Shown here piece after piece: positions 24,401-36,377 of a DNA stretch of 64,000 bases. The stretch comes from Stylophora pistillata (taxonomy: Eukaryota). A program made the position numbers and the translations under genes. The stretch spans positions 6,207 through 70,206 of the forward strand of contig NW_019218336.1 in the NCBI RefSeq assembly GCF_002571385.2, read 5' to 3'. The notes below the pieces were generated by a model that saw only the letters and a program-made list of their open reading frames with translations, ran no database searches and was not told where the DNA came from. Positions within the stretch are counted from its first letter, which is position 1, and every line of letters begins with the position of its first letter.

Positions 24401-27400
24401 GTGAACTCTGAAAATTGTAATTGGTATATCGCAAAAATTATCGTGGGGAATTGTTTAATCATTCCTTGAGCAGCGATCTCTCCTGCCGGCTCGCACAGAT
24501 CTGTGAACCGGATATGCACTCTTTGTCCGCTTGGTTCTTACCATCCCTCAGATGGTTCGTTGGATTCCTTCCCTGTGGACAAGGTTTCACCACAGCCTCG
24601 TCAGGAGCTGTCGGTGAATACCAGCGTAAACGTAGGCTTTCGCTGTCTGCTACAACATTTACGACTAGTTTCAAGACTTTGTGGATCAAATCATGTAGAG
24701 TTTAAACGTTTACAAGATTGGGAACTGCTATTTTTACTTTAAACATGACAGAGAAAAAAAACAGTTCCATTCAAAAACCAGTTACTGAAGACAAGACAAC
24801 CATTTCTACACCATTGGCGACATCGCGAAATGTTGAATTGAAGGTAGGTAGATTTTCAGATTTTTGGACTCGCAAGAAGACAACAAGGCTATCTGGCAGT
24901 TTTTCTTTTAATGTTCTCGGTAAGAAACTGAGATGTTGAAACTTTTCAAAAGCAAATGGTGAGCTGGCTAACAAGCTAAGGAGAGGCTCATTTGGAAGCT
25001 GCTTGTCACTGGTACTTTGTAGTTATTTGTCGCGCGCCATTGGTAATTGCCAGTAGGCTCCTTTTCCTATCTCTTTCATTTCTCTTACCAGACAAGCACC
25101 AATGAACAGCCTAGAACGAATACTCAAGAAGAGGCTAAAAACCAGGAAAATGCTGAAGAGTTACCATGGAAACTTCCCGTCATCATTAGTGCAGCATTAC
25201 TTGCAGTGTTAGGTAGGCCAAGTACAATCATAAGCGTCTGTCATTCTCTTTTTAACTGATGTCTGGATAATTAAGGAGCAAACGTCTAACACTCTTTCAA
25301 CTGACAGCAAGCGCACCTCGAGTTTCGTTACTCATTTGACCCTTCTGCATAATAGAAACCGCAAACATCCAAAGCTCAGAAAACCGAAACATGTAATTGT
25401 GTACACAAAATCGTCGTCTGTGTTAACACTAGCGATACTCGGCCATAAAGTTTCGTTATTTTCTCTTGTGCCTTGCAGAATCTGATTGTTGAAAGTTGGT
25501 CCGCGAGTTTCTTGTGTCAAACAATTACTTTTTTGGTGAACATTGATACGCGGTCAACCCGTTTTCCTTTGTTTCGATTTTGACTCTTACCGTATTTTAA
25601 TCAGCGCTAGGTGCCATACTCTTCACCCGTATGAGACGGAGACCTAAAATAGAACCAAGGACGGTGCAGTTTGTCAATCCAATCTACGCATTCCCCGATC
25701 AATAGCCACCAAAACGAGCAAAAGGCAATGAACATTCATTAGTGGACGAGCCAGGGCAGGCCACATTCAGCCGTACGCGTGAAGATGGTTCTGGAAAATA
25801 TAACGACTACACTGGGGACTTCAAAACCAAGGATGCTATAAAGAACTTTGCCACTGAAACGATATATGAAAATTTCGAATGGTCCTCAGAAGAGAAAACC
25901 ACATTAAGTTTTACAAACCCATGCTTCCAGTGAGGCAGCCATGGCTCATTGTGTTTGATCAAGAGATCAAATGATCTCTTGCTTTGGTTATTTCTCCCTT
26001 TTTATTTTGAGTAGATTTTCTTTGTTCGCTTAAGTCAGAACACTTTTTCACGTTTGCTTTGACTAGGAGACAGGAAAGCCGGTAAAGTTTAGAGGAAGGA
26101 GTGCAAGTGGGTGGAATTCTCGACAGGTGTAAGAAAAAGATGCCCACGAGTGCAAAAAAAGAGAGAATTCATATGAGAGTTTCCTTCCCTCGGCTCTAAG
26201 TTTAAGAATTTCAAAGTAAGCCCCTACCCTTTCTAATACCTGTTTTGATGCTTCGTTCGAGCGAGTGTTAAGGTTCAGCAATTGTTAATGCTGTCGCATT
26301 AGACTAGTACAGCGGCATTTAGTTTAAATTTTGTTTACAGTCTTCGCTCGGACAAGTGACACATGTTTTCACTGTTCGAGACAAGGTTGTACCTCGGCCA
26401 ACCTAAACGAATTTTTATGTACTCGTCCTATATAAACGGAAAGACTAAACGGAAACGGAGGGCGATGTAACAAGGAACCTAAGGAGTGATTAAAGGTACA
26501 AACAATTCTACTGACGAGGCCGAGCGTTTTTAATCTTCAGGACAGTATTTATTACCGACGGTTACAGCAATATATTCAGCTAGAAAAAATATCTCAATTT
26601 AAAAGGTTAATGCATCGTGCAATCCGTGAATATCTCTCGCGAGATGACGGAGGGGAAGTTTTTTAATTGGAAAACCTTGTCTAAATATATCTTAATTCAT
26701 TTTAACATTATAAATCTTTTTAATTTGTTTTTAAAGTCAAGTTCAGCATTTTTACTGAGGTATTATGTGTGCGGGTATTTTAGAGATAAAGGCATACTTT
26801 CATTTCTAACACGAGAGTAGAATTTATTAATTACTAAAGAATATTATCAAGAAAAAAATTAACTCAGTGGTTTAAGTAGAGCAGTCAGTGGATCTTTAAA
26901 CAATTCTTTGAGCAAATTTAAAATAGGGTTTGGTTTCACATCTTAAGATGTATCTTGTGTGTTAAATCTCATTTCTGTCGCTATTTGTGTCCAAATGAAA
27001 TCAGCTTGTGATGTCTAGGGCTCTATTCAGAGATTAAACGCGGATAATTTGACCCAATCCAGGAGCTAATAGCCTTGGCTTACAAGAAGTTTCGGGGTTG
27101 GAGCAATTCACCAGGAGTACTTAGAAATAATCTTTCTCCTCGCAACGTCGGCCGTATCATGCACAAGGTGATGGCATAGAGGTTGGCCTCCGGAAGAGAT
27201 TTGCGAGTGACAATTGGATTTATAGCACTTTGGTCACATTCGACAGCATCATGTGAACACTGTTGCATGACAGTTTGTTTGGATAGAGTTCGAAAAAATG
27301 TTGATTTAATGGAGTTTTCCAATTATAAACTTCCAGAAGCCAGCTGGAATTCCCATTAAAAGCTGTGCATGCATCGGCAATCGAATGCACTTAGACTTGC

Positions 27401-30238
27401 ATGCACGCAATGTACCGAAAAAAGGCAATTTGACGGTAATGAATCAGACGGTAGAGTTCACGGAGCGGAAATTTCTCAGCTGGTCAGAATTCCAATTAAT
27501 GAAATTAAATTGTCGGAATGAGGTAAAGGTAACTTGCAGGATGACCACAATTAAGAAAAATTATTGCAGAAAAAACAACAAACAAACAGAACCTAGAGAG
27601 AATGCAATTAGGCCGAAGGAAATCTAAATTGGCAGAACGTAGATCGACATTTTGAAAATACAGTGATTTGTATATATCTTAAAATAAGTGGAATTTTCTC
27701 TCTGTAGATTACCATTAAGACTTCTTCTAGTAGCGGGATTTAAGCTTTCGGAGCAAAAGTTATGCGGTTCGCCATATTATGTTACTAATTGCATTGCTTA
27801 GAAACTGTTCGCTTCACATATATCAAGTGCAAACAAGTGTGCTGAAAGCATAACTACGCTCCCAAATGTGTGTAGTTCTCTTAAACCTCCATTAGGTAAG
27901 TTCGTCGGTAGAAAGTATTAGATTTTGAAGAGTCCCATCTGCTGAGCAGTATATACTTCAGTTATGTGCTTTTATTTTGAGGCCAATCTAATTAATGGAT
28001 CGAAAAAGAAGGAAAAACAATTTTTGCTATATATGGCATGTCGATCTGCACGCGAATTCGGTTTATTCTGTTGCTTTAACACAAAAACGCGAAAATGTTT
28101 TCGCAGCAGAAATTTTGTCATCTAGAACGGAAAAAAATCTGTTCCTGCACAAAACAAAATTACCAGTCCGTAAAAATGATGTCAGTGATACACTCCCGTA
28201 AGATTTCTTTTGGAATTTTACTCGCTGATTTATTTGCTTCAGGCACGAGTTCATAAGAACTTTCCGTAAAATCAGTCAAAAGTGAATCAGTGCACTTACT
28301 GGAAATTTAGTGCCGATCAAAAATGATTTTCCGGTAGAGACGATTTCGCTCAGACTTGAGAGAACAGTTGTTGCTGATTAGAACGAACTACTGAACGCCG
28401 GTGGCTGAGATGATTTTCATGCCGCCAAGGCCATACCTTCTGCGTCGCAGCTTAGAGTATCTGTTTCGAAACAATCTATATCAAAGAATACAAAACGTGG
28501 AGAGAGCATTGCATTTTGAAGTTACTGAGTAAAATGTTTGACGACCTCTGACGGTATATTAATCAGATACAGCGGCATGCTCGTCATTGATCAGATTCTG
28601 GACTATACGCTACGCTGTCACATAGAGAAAGCCTCTAAACGAGAAACAAAGGTAGAAACAAAGCCAGAAAAACAGAAACTGACAGAACATAAACAATTAA
28701 AGTGTTGTGAGTTGCTAACGGAAATCACCAGTTCGGCAGAGATACAAGTGAATGTCTATTTATGAGCACGAATGCGGATAATTCTGACCTTTCGAACCGA
28801 AAGAAAATTGTACTCAACTCGGGTGTTACGCGATCAGGCGTTCATCTGCAGTGCGTGATCTTTGTTTAACGTACAACAAGAAAACTGCCGGTAGCTGTAG
28901 TGGGGTGCGTTCATTGTTTTGCGGTTTTTGACTTGTTGCCAAAAGGTGGGACAGGATTATTAGTTCGCGTGTTCAAAACTGAGTCACGAAACTTCTCTGA
29001 ATGACGATACATTTCTTGCTGAGCAGCACGTTTTCCAGGCGTGTTCTTAACACGCACCATTTCACAAATTGAATAACGCTTAAAGGCTTAACAGCCCCCT
29101 ATATTAAGTCTTTTGATTTTCAGATTGATCTCCCAAACCACAATTGTCTTAGTTGGCAACGCTTCCAACTGCCACGCGCACGAGCCACTGAACGAAATTA
29201 ATTTTTAGAGTTTTTTGGTTTCCTAATATTTGTTCTCTGACTAACACCTAACATTGACTTGAAATATCAACAAAAACAATACATATTGAATAGCGTATCG
29301 TGAATATATATTCACAGCTTGTCGATTCATAGCCCCCTGATGAATTCACCGCCAGATATAACCTCCAGATCTACATGTCTTCAAAACGCGCTAAAAGTGT
29401 TTTCAAGTAGTCTTATACCTACGTTACTTTGGCAGCCATGCAACAGAAATACAGTAAATGCACTTGTTCTTACAGTTTTCCTGAAATGATTGTTATCTCA
29501 GAAATTTGCTGAATTTACGTTTTCAATAGATTTGCACCACCTCTGGGCCGGTATTTCGCTCAATTTTCCGAATAGCTGCTAGCTTAACGCCTGCTTCGGT
29601 AAAAATCTCTTGCCATGATTGTAAGACGTGCCGTAAAACTTAATTTCCGGCGTATACCAGAAATGTATAGATTCCTTGAGATAATTCGAGGTAAGGCTGT
29701 TAATTTTTGGCGATATTAATCCGCGTATTAACTGATCACCCGTCGATGGAAAAGAGAAGCTGCGAAATTAGCCAAAGGTATTCAATATTGCGTGACTAAT
29801 ATGAAAACCCCGGGAGACGAACTGAATGACAAGGTACATTGCGTAACAAAAATACCCCTAAAATGAATGCCACTGCATAGTTTCGCAACAAAAAAGAAGC
29901 GTGAACAGTCAGCTAAAGATCTTGTTGTAGCGTCATAAGATTGCATGCGTTTAACCTTCCGGTGTAGTAAGAAAACACCACGCAGAAGCATTCATCACCT
30001 TGTCAGATTGAATTATTCTTCGAGATTGACACGTGAGTAACCAAGTGGACTATTCAATACTTTGACCTTTTTTCAGATAGCTGACGTTTTCATTATCCCG
30101 ACAATTCTTAGCTGCGTCAAAGATTGACTGTCCTTTGTCCAGTGGTAGACGTCCTCAATCTGTCTACAAGCGACGCCAGCTGACAACAAGAAGTCACGCT
30201 TTTCCTAGTTTCTTTGACTCCGGCGGTCTATCGCGATC

Positions 30239-33200
30239 ATGATAGTACTCGGCATTTGTGCGGTCGTAATCGTGGTTTTTGCGATAACTGCAGCGATGAG
30301 CGACAAGCTTCGTGAAGCCGTAATATCATCGAAAACCTACAAGAAAGGTTTTGCCGTCCATATGAACTTATTCAGTCGCATTCACAACAGCGCCGTCAGA
30401 AAACACAAAGAGGACATTTTCGAGAAACTGAAACCATGCGCGGAAAGTGTTGGAGGTGGCGATATTTTGGAGATCGGAGCAGGAACCGGGGCAAATTTTG
30501 AGTTTTTCCCCGAGGGAAGCTCTATCATAGCACTTGAACCAAATCGTCACATGGTACCATACTTGCAGGAAAACGCTCAAAAGTTTCCGCATGTGCAGCT
30601 CAAGGAAATCGTTCTAGGATTTGCCGAAAAAATGGAAGGGATTCCAGATGAATCTGTCGCCGCTGTTGTATGCACCTTGACACTGTGTTCAGTGAGTGAC
30701 GTAGACACAACTTTGTCAGAAATCAAGAGAGTTCTGAAACCTGTAAGTACGCAAAATATGTCTCAAAAAAACATTTGTATGTAGAATTTCTACCATTCAG
30801 TGGACTCGCTCTTTTCGTAGTTACAGATCACATGTTATGTTCATGATAGAACTTCAACCAAAATTGCTCAAAATGATAATTTTTAATTTTCCTTTTACAT
30901 TTCGAGCGACTCTCCCTTTTCCTCCACACGATTGCATTTCCCTTCCATCTGCCACGGGTATCAGATCTTAATCCTCGAATCCTTATCTCTAATTTTCCAG
31001 GAACTAGCCAGCTATTTCGTTTTTAGGAATGTTAAAAAAACTGAATTCCATCATTATAAATATGTAGGAATGTGCGTGTTTTTAAACATCGAAGACGGAC
31101 AATATAAACAAATGTTAATTCCGATAATTCTGATCCTATTTCAATTATTTGATTGTCTCATAATTGCACACTTCCACTTAAGTGGCGCAAGGAAAATTAC
31201 CAAACTTCGACATCTCGTAGAAAACGGATGTGATGTGAGGACATGACTTAAACGAAGTTCAAATGTCATTTCTAAGAACATTGTTTCAAAAATAGCGAGA
31301 AGTCGTCGCTATTTTAGACTGCCCATCAAATTTTAATTGGATCGGAAGTATTTGATATAGCACGCTTAAGAGGAATCCATTTTTACAACCAATAGTTTGC
31401 GGCACCCGAAAACAACTCTTCGAAATCGCAATATTTTAACTTGCACAAATTCTTTATGCGTCTCCCTAACGCACATATGATAACCTTTAATTTGAATATC
31501 GATTATTTTTTTCGATACCTGTTACCTATTTGAACAGAAAAGTGTGAAATAAGTATACGTTCTGTAGTTATTGACATAGTAATTACTTTTGGCAAAGGCA
31601 AAGAAAAGCTCTCTTGTTTGGTTTTGAGACCATTTGATTGGAGAAAGTTCCCCCGACAAAACAATTTGAAACGAGATGTTAATGCCTTGTCATTTTATCT
31701 AAACGTTTCGTATCAAATTAGTGGTTTTATATCAAGGAATCGCAACTTAAAAGCATATATTTTCGTCTATCAGTTGGGGTTTTTCAACGATTTTTTTAGG
31801 AGAATATAAGATTGTTTTGATCGTGGGAAGACACTAGTGGTATGCTTTGTGTTCGCCGCAAGAAGCAAAAGTTTCGCGAAGAAACGAAAGGCATGAAAAA
31901 GGCAATTGAGATTGAAAGAGAGATTGGGGTTTAGCTAAGAGCCATTTTGGTGATGTTGACTTATTTTGTTTAGCTTTCAGTTGAGTTACAGAACCCGATA
32001 TGAACGCGAGAAAACCACGATAACCTTTAATGTGTTTATATCTCCTAAAGGAAATATTGACGAAAAATGTTTATTTGAAAAAACGTCCGGTAGCTAGACT
32101 TTGTTTACCCGAGCCATGTGCATAAACAATTCAAAATATTCCCTTCGCTAAGTGTGCATGTCAGATGACAAAACTTATATTCTAATATAATTTCCGCTGT
32201 TTTGATTTTTCTGTTTTGTCTAATATCATTTCCGCTGTTTTGATTTTTGTGTTTTGAAACCTAAGTCGTGCCATATGATTTCTTTGCAAAGAAACATAAC
32301 ATTTAGAACAAAAAACATTCTTGTAAGGATACATCATCCTGTTGGAAAAGCACGATTTTAAAAATGTCTGTTATTTTGTTTTTTTTCAGGGAGGTTATTT
32401 TTACTTCTTGGAGCATGTAGCAGGTATGTGGCGTCGTAAGAACTAAGTCCAATTCTTTCTTCTATATATAAGACTTAGGTCTTTCTGGCCGATAATTCGG
32501 GGAGGTTTTTTCAAGCGAAGGGCCTTGTAAAAGATTTGCGTGATGTTGCGCTTTCGCGATTGTTCTACCAGTTTGTTTTGTTCGATTTTTTACTTCGTTA
32601 CTGGTGTAATCCCGCGAAGTAAATAGCAATGGGAGTGTCCTTAAGCTTGGCTGATGAAAATGTTTTGGCAAACTTGTCTTTTAGAGTAAATTTCCGACCG
32701 CAGGAAGTTGCTTACGGAAGTCACCGGACGTTGAACTACGAGGAACTTTGCATTAGCAGCTGCCAAAAAAAGCAGCTGATAATTTTGGCATTGTATCAGC
32801 AGTTACATAAGGATCTTCCTGTTTGACCGGAGGTCAAACATGACGTGGGGTCGATTTACGCCAAATATAATCCTTTCTTCCTTTTCTGTTCAAATCACGT
32901 ATTGTACTTTGCACAAAATTGCGGTAAAAATCGTTTTACGTCAGTCACTAAACTTTAACATCGTGTCTATCGATTGCTATGTCCGGCCATCGGTCCGGCA
33001 GCAGCCTCGAAATTATCAACCGAAAGCGCCGAAAAAATCAGTTCGGGCCAGCGACCGGAGCGCGAGACTCGTGAGGATGATCCCAGTCCTCTCCGGCGAT
33101 CGCTCGGTATTTCGTAGCCCGATAAAGGACTTGAGAGCACTGCGTGACTTCCGTTCGGCTGTTGACGTGTCTTTTAGTGGTTTTCCTGCCACTTGAGGGT

Positions 33201-33902
33201 TTAAACACGGCATACTGATGAAAGACGAATGAGTAAAATCTTAAATTGCCTTTTAACATATTTTCCGTATTTATGTCAGCCACTGCGATGAAACTAAGAG
33301 CACAAGACAATCTTACCTTCTTCCGCGTATTTGAAACTGTTCATATACAAAGGAAATTCCGAGAGTTGTTTCCCTTTTGTCCTAATTTCCTGGAGCTTAA
33401 GAAAATTATTCTCAAGACTAAGAGAAGCTGCTCCATTTTACTTAGTAATTTGGATATATCAACAAAGTTGAAATGGTAAATTGGCCACCGTAATGATTAC
33501 CAAAGCTGACGTTTCGAGCGTTAGCCCTTCGTCGGAACGAATAGAGGAATTGTGGGTTGCGTGTGCTTTTAAAGGCAGAAAATGGAGCTACGTTATTGGT
33601 GGTTACGTTATTGATCTTTTTACTTCGATCTAAGCAGGCCGTGGAGAAAATTTTTCAAACATACTTAATTTGCTTTCTTATGCGCATCAGATGAAACAGA
33701 AACATGGAGGAACTCCCTGCAGCGAAGATTTGACAAGCAGTGGAAATATCTCAGCGACGGATGCTCTTGCAGTAGAGAAACATGGACCCACCTGGACAAT
33801 GCCGGCTTCAGTACCGTGTCTTATAAAAAATTCGACCTAAAAGAACTTATTGTGCTTTGTTACCTTATGCGGCCTCACCTAGCTGGGTATGCCATTAAAT
33901 GA
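30239..33902 (+). CDS. METTL7A: Class I SAM-dependent thiol methyltransferase, METTL7/TMT1-like (249 aa, N-terminal hydrophobic anchor)
   Basis: Exons 30239-30742, 32390-32423 and 33691-33902 join in frame. Motifs ILEIGAGTGANF, LEPN, AVVCTLTLCSV, EIKRVLKPGGYFYFLEHV, DGCSCSRETW, PHLAGYAIK*. Confidence 0.92.
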
Positions 33903-36377
33903 GGTGGCACACATGGGGTGTGTTGCCCCACGCAAAGTTGGGTGAGTAACGCGCGACCCTCAACAAGACAAACCCTTTGACATCCACACCAGGGAGAGGT
34001 TTCTTTTGGTTCACTATGTTTTATCGCTTTTTCACCCCTAGGGAGGGTGCCCCAAACAAATATTGACACGAGGTGATCGTGATTTTGACCGTAGACTACT
34101 CTGAGAACTCGCACTTTGTGTCTTCTCAGACAATTCGCTCACCATTAGTGCTTTTTCTCAGTCTTCATTGGCATTAACATAAGACAAAAGGGTTTAAGAA
34201 TTTATCTTACGAACCGTTAGTAGTATTTTGGTATCTAAAATTCACTGAAGAAAACCTCCTCCCAACTGTTGTATATATTTTTATTTCCTCTTTCCATGGG
34301 ATGTTTTTCAGCGTAGTTTTTTTCTTTTATCTAGCGCACGTTAAGTATCTCAGCACACACAATTTAACTGATATAACGTTGACAGTCGTATCAAAAGGAG
34401 TTGATCAAAGTAGATTATTTATCGTACACGACACATGTAGCCGCGTATTTGTAAATGGTATGACTCATATTATACTATTACGCATGTAGGGAGTTACGAC
34501 GGGAAAAACAGAAATACATCGTCAGAAATTGTACTTCCTCACCAAAGGGTTTAATAATTGTTTACCTTTGTACATCAAGGCACTAAGTATACCTCACTAT
34601 TTCAGGCGTTGTTTGTAATCGATGTCATTTAATTTAAGAGATCAGGATGTAGTCATCAAATTATTTATTGCATATTGTGAGAACGTGGTGTCATGCGTGG
34701 CTCGCATAAATTATTTTAACGAAATGCGAGTTACAATAGCACAGTAGTCTTATAATTGAACAATTCCAAGTTAAAGTTATAAAACTTTTTGGTATAGATT
34801 TGTGAGATTTTTGCAAATTTGCCTGATATAGAAGGCGTAATTTTCTTCACCGATTGATACTCAAGTTACCAATTTTTCTCTTTGATAGCAGTTCAGTGCT
34901 AGGTTTAGGTACATTTCGTGGAGAATAAATTAATAAAACGGAATGTTTGTAAAAAAAACAAAATATACTATAATCGTTACTGGGCATAATTAAGTAGTAA
35001 TCTCCTCTGGAACAGAGAGATTCTCCTTTAATTCATTGTTGTCCTTATTGCACGAAAAGGTATACTACATTATCGAAAATAAAATTATGAATTCCAGAAG
35101 TATGGTTCAATTAAAACCTCCATTTTTTTTACATTCCCAGGCGAAAATTATGGCGTGGGGTTTGGAAACGGGCTTGTTGCGCTCAAGATGGTCGGGCTTG
35201 GGGAGCCTTGACGTGCAAAATGTCAGCTGACTTCCATAGAGGAAGTGTGCGTTGCATTTACACCTGATATCGCCGTTAGTGACTCCATGACATTTGTACA
35301 GTTTCACAAAACTCACTTTCATTTATATTGAAAATTCTTTCCTTTGATGTCACGTGTTATTTAAAAATTACAAATCCTATGTCGCATCCCATACACTTGG
35401 CCTCGTTCTCGTGCTCTGCGCCCACAGACAGGACCCAGGCAACCTAAAAATACCTTTTATATTACACTTATTCCAGTCAAATTACTTTTTTCTAGCGATT
35501 CTACCAAGATTCCCCTTTTGATCCAAATCACAATCAAATTGTAGCTAATCTAACTTTGTGAAATTTTGTCTTACTTCCAGAGAGGGGTACCCTTCCTCCG
35601 GAATTCAGTATAACAAGAGTTTATTACTTAAGAAGCCTCGTCCTGTTAATATATAATTTTCTACCTTGATAACACAGACGAGCTGTTCATAAATATGAAA
35701 TCCGCAAATTAAGTATGGAGTGAAATTTAACCTTAAAAGACACATCTTTCAAAGTAAGATGATTTTTCAGACTAAAATTCACTTTGGAACGGTAAACATG
35801 TAATGGTAAGTACAGATTATATTCAGAAGATCCGATGGTCCGAAAAGAGAATTGAAAGAACTTAAAAGTACAACAGTGTGTTGACATTGACCAATAACCG
35901 TAAAAAAAAAATATATTTTTCCTCTACTTTCTCTCTGGATGCACCAATTATAGGGAGAAAACTTTCTACAGTTTAAAAATAGTTTTAACATTTTGAGCTA
36001 TTATCGAAAAAATGTACACTTCTTTCTTATTTTTTTTTTCTGAAAATTCAAAACATTATCTTCCAGAGTAACGAATCAAAGAAGAGAACAAAACACCATT
36101 ACCATAGTGATCGCGCGTAACAAAGTGAGTTAACGAGGAAATTCGATTTGAAGTCTGCGTTTCATGCTCACCCTTCATCCACTTTTTCAGTTTTATACCG
36201 GATCACACACAGTACAATTATAGACAATGTTTTACTTCCCCCACAAGCAACAAAAAAATATCTCGCATAAGTCATTGATATCAAAGCATTGATTCACTTT
36301 CTAGGAAGCGATTGGTCACACGGTTACTTATCCCATGTGACGTAATACCCCTTAGGTAATTTTCACCCCCTACAAGG

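Larger units (their letters stand above)
8976..25933 (+). pseudogene. Giant multidomain type-I membrane receptor (EMI, NIM/EGF, 7 cbEGF, 2 Sushi, EGF, unassigned region with coiled-coil/glycine-zipper hairpin, 2 Ig, ephrin-receptor-like repeats, TM, NPxY tail). Disrupted allele, young pseudogene or recoded gene.
   Basis: Phase-consistent exons: 8976-9101, 9587-9699, 9810-9908, 10418-10534, 11232-11384, 11613-11741, 11924-12046, 12373-12495, 12693-12845, 13685-13807, 13995-14168, 15752-15940, 16471-17843, 18344-18485, 18699-22826, 23195-23356, 23821-23979, (24474-24631, frameshifted), 24752-24843, 25092-25212 and 25605-25933. Motifs: CGWFGWFRC..CCGGW (EMI), D[IVKH][DN]EC (cbEGF), HEGAYLC and QDGYYYC (Ig), CPAGS..CPxGxYQP (ephrin-receptor-like), TM LPVIISAALLAVLALGAILF followed by TRMRRR. 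In-frame TAG at 18872, 21737 and 25703. The signal-peptide exon was not confidently found. Confidence 0.8.

Noticed and set aside
27200-30200. Short ORFs in the receptor-METTL7 intergenic region
   Set aside because: No domain similarity or splice-consistent structure visible.
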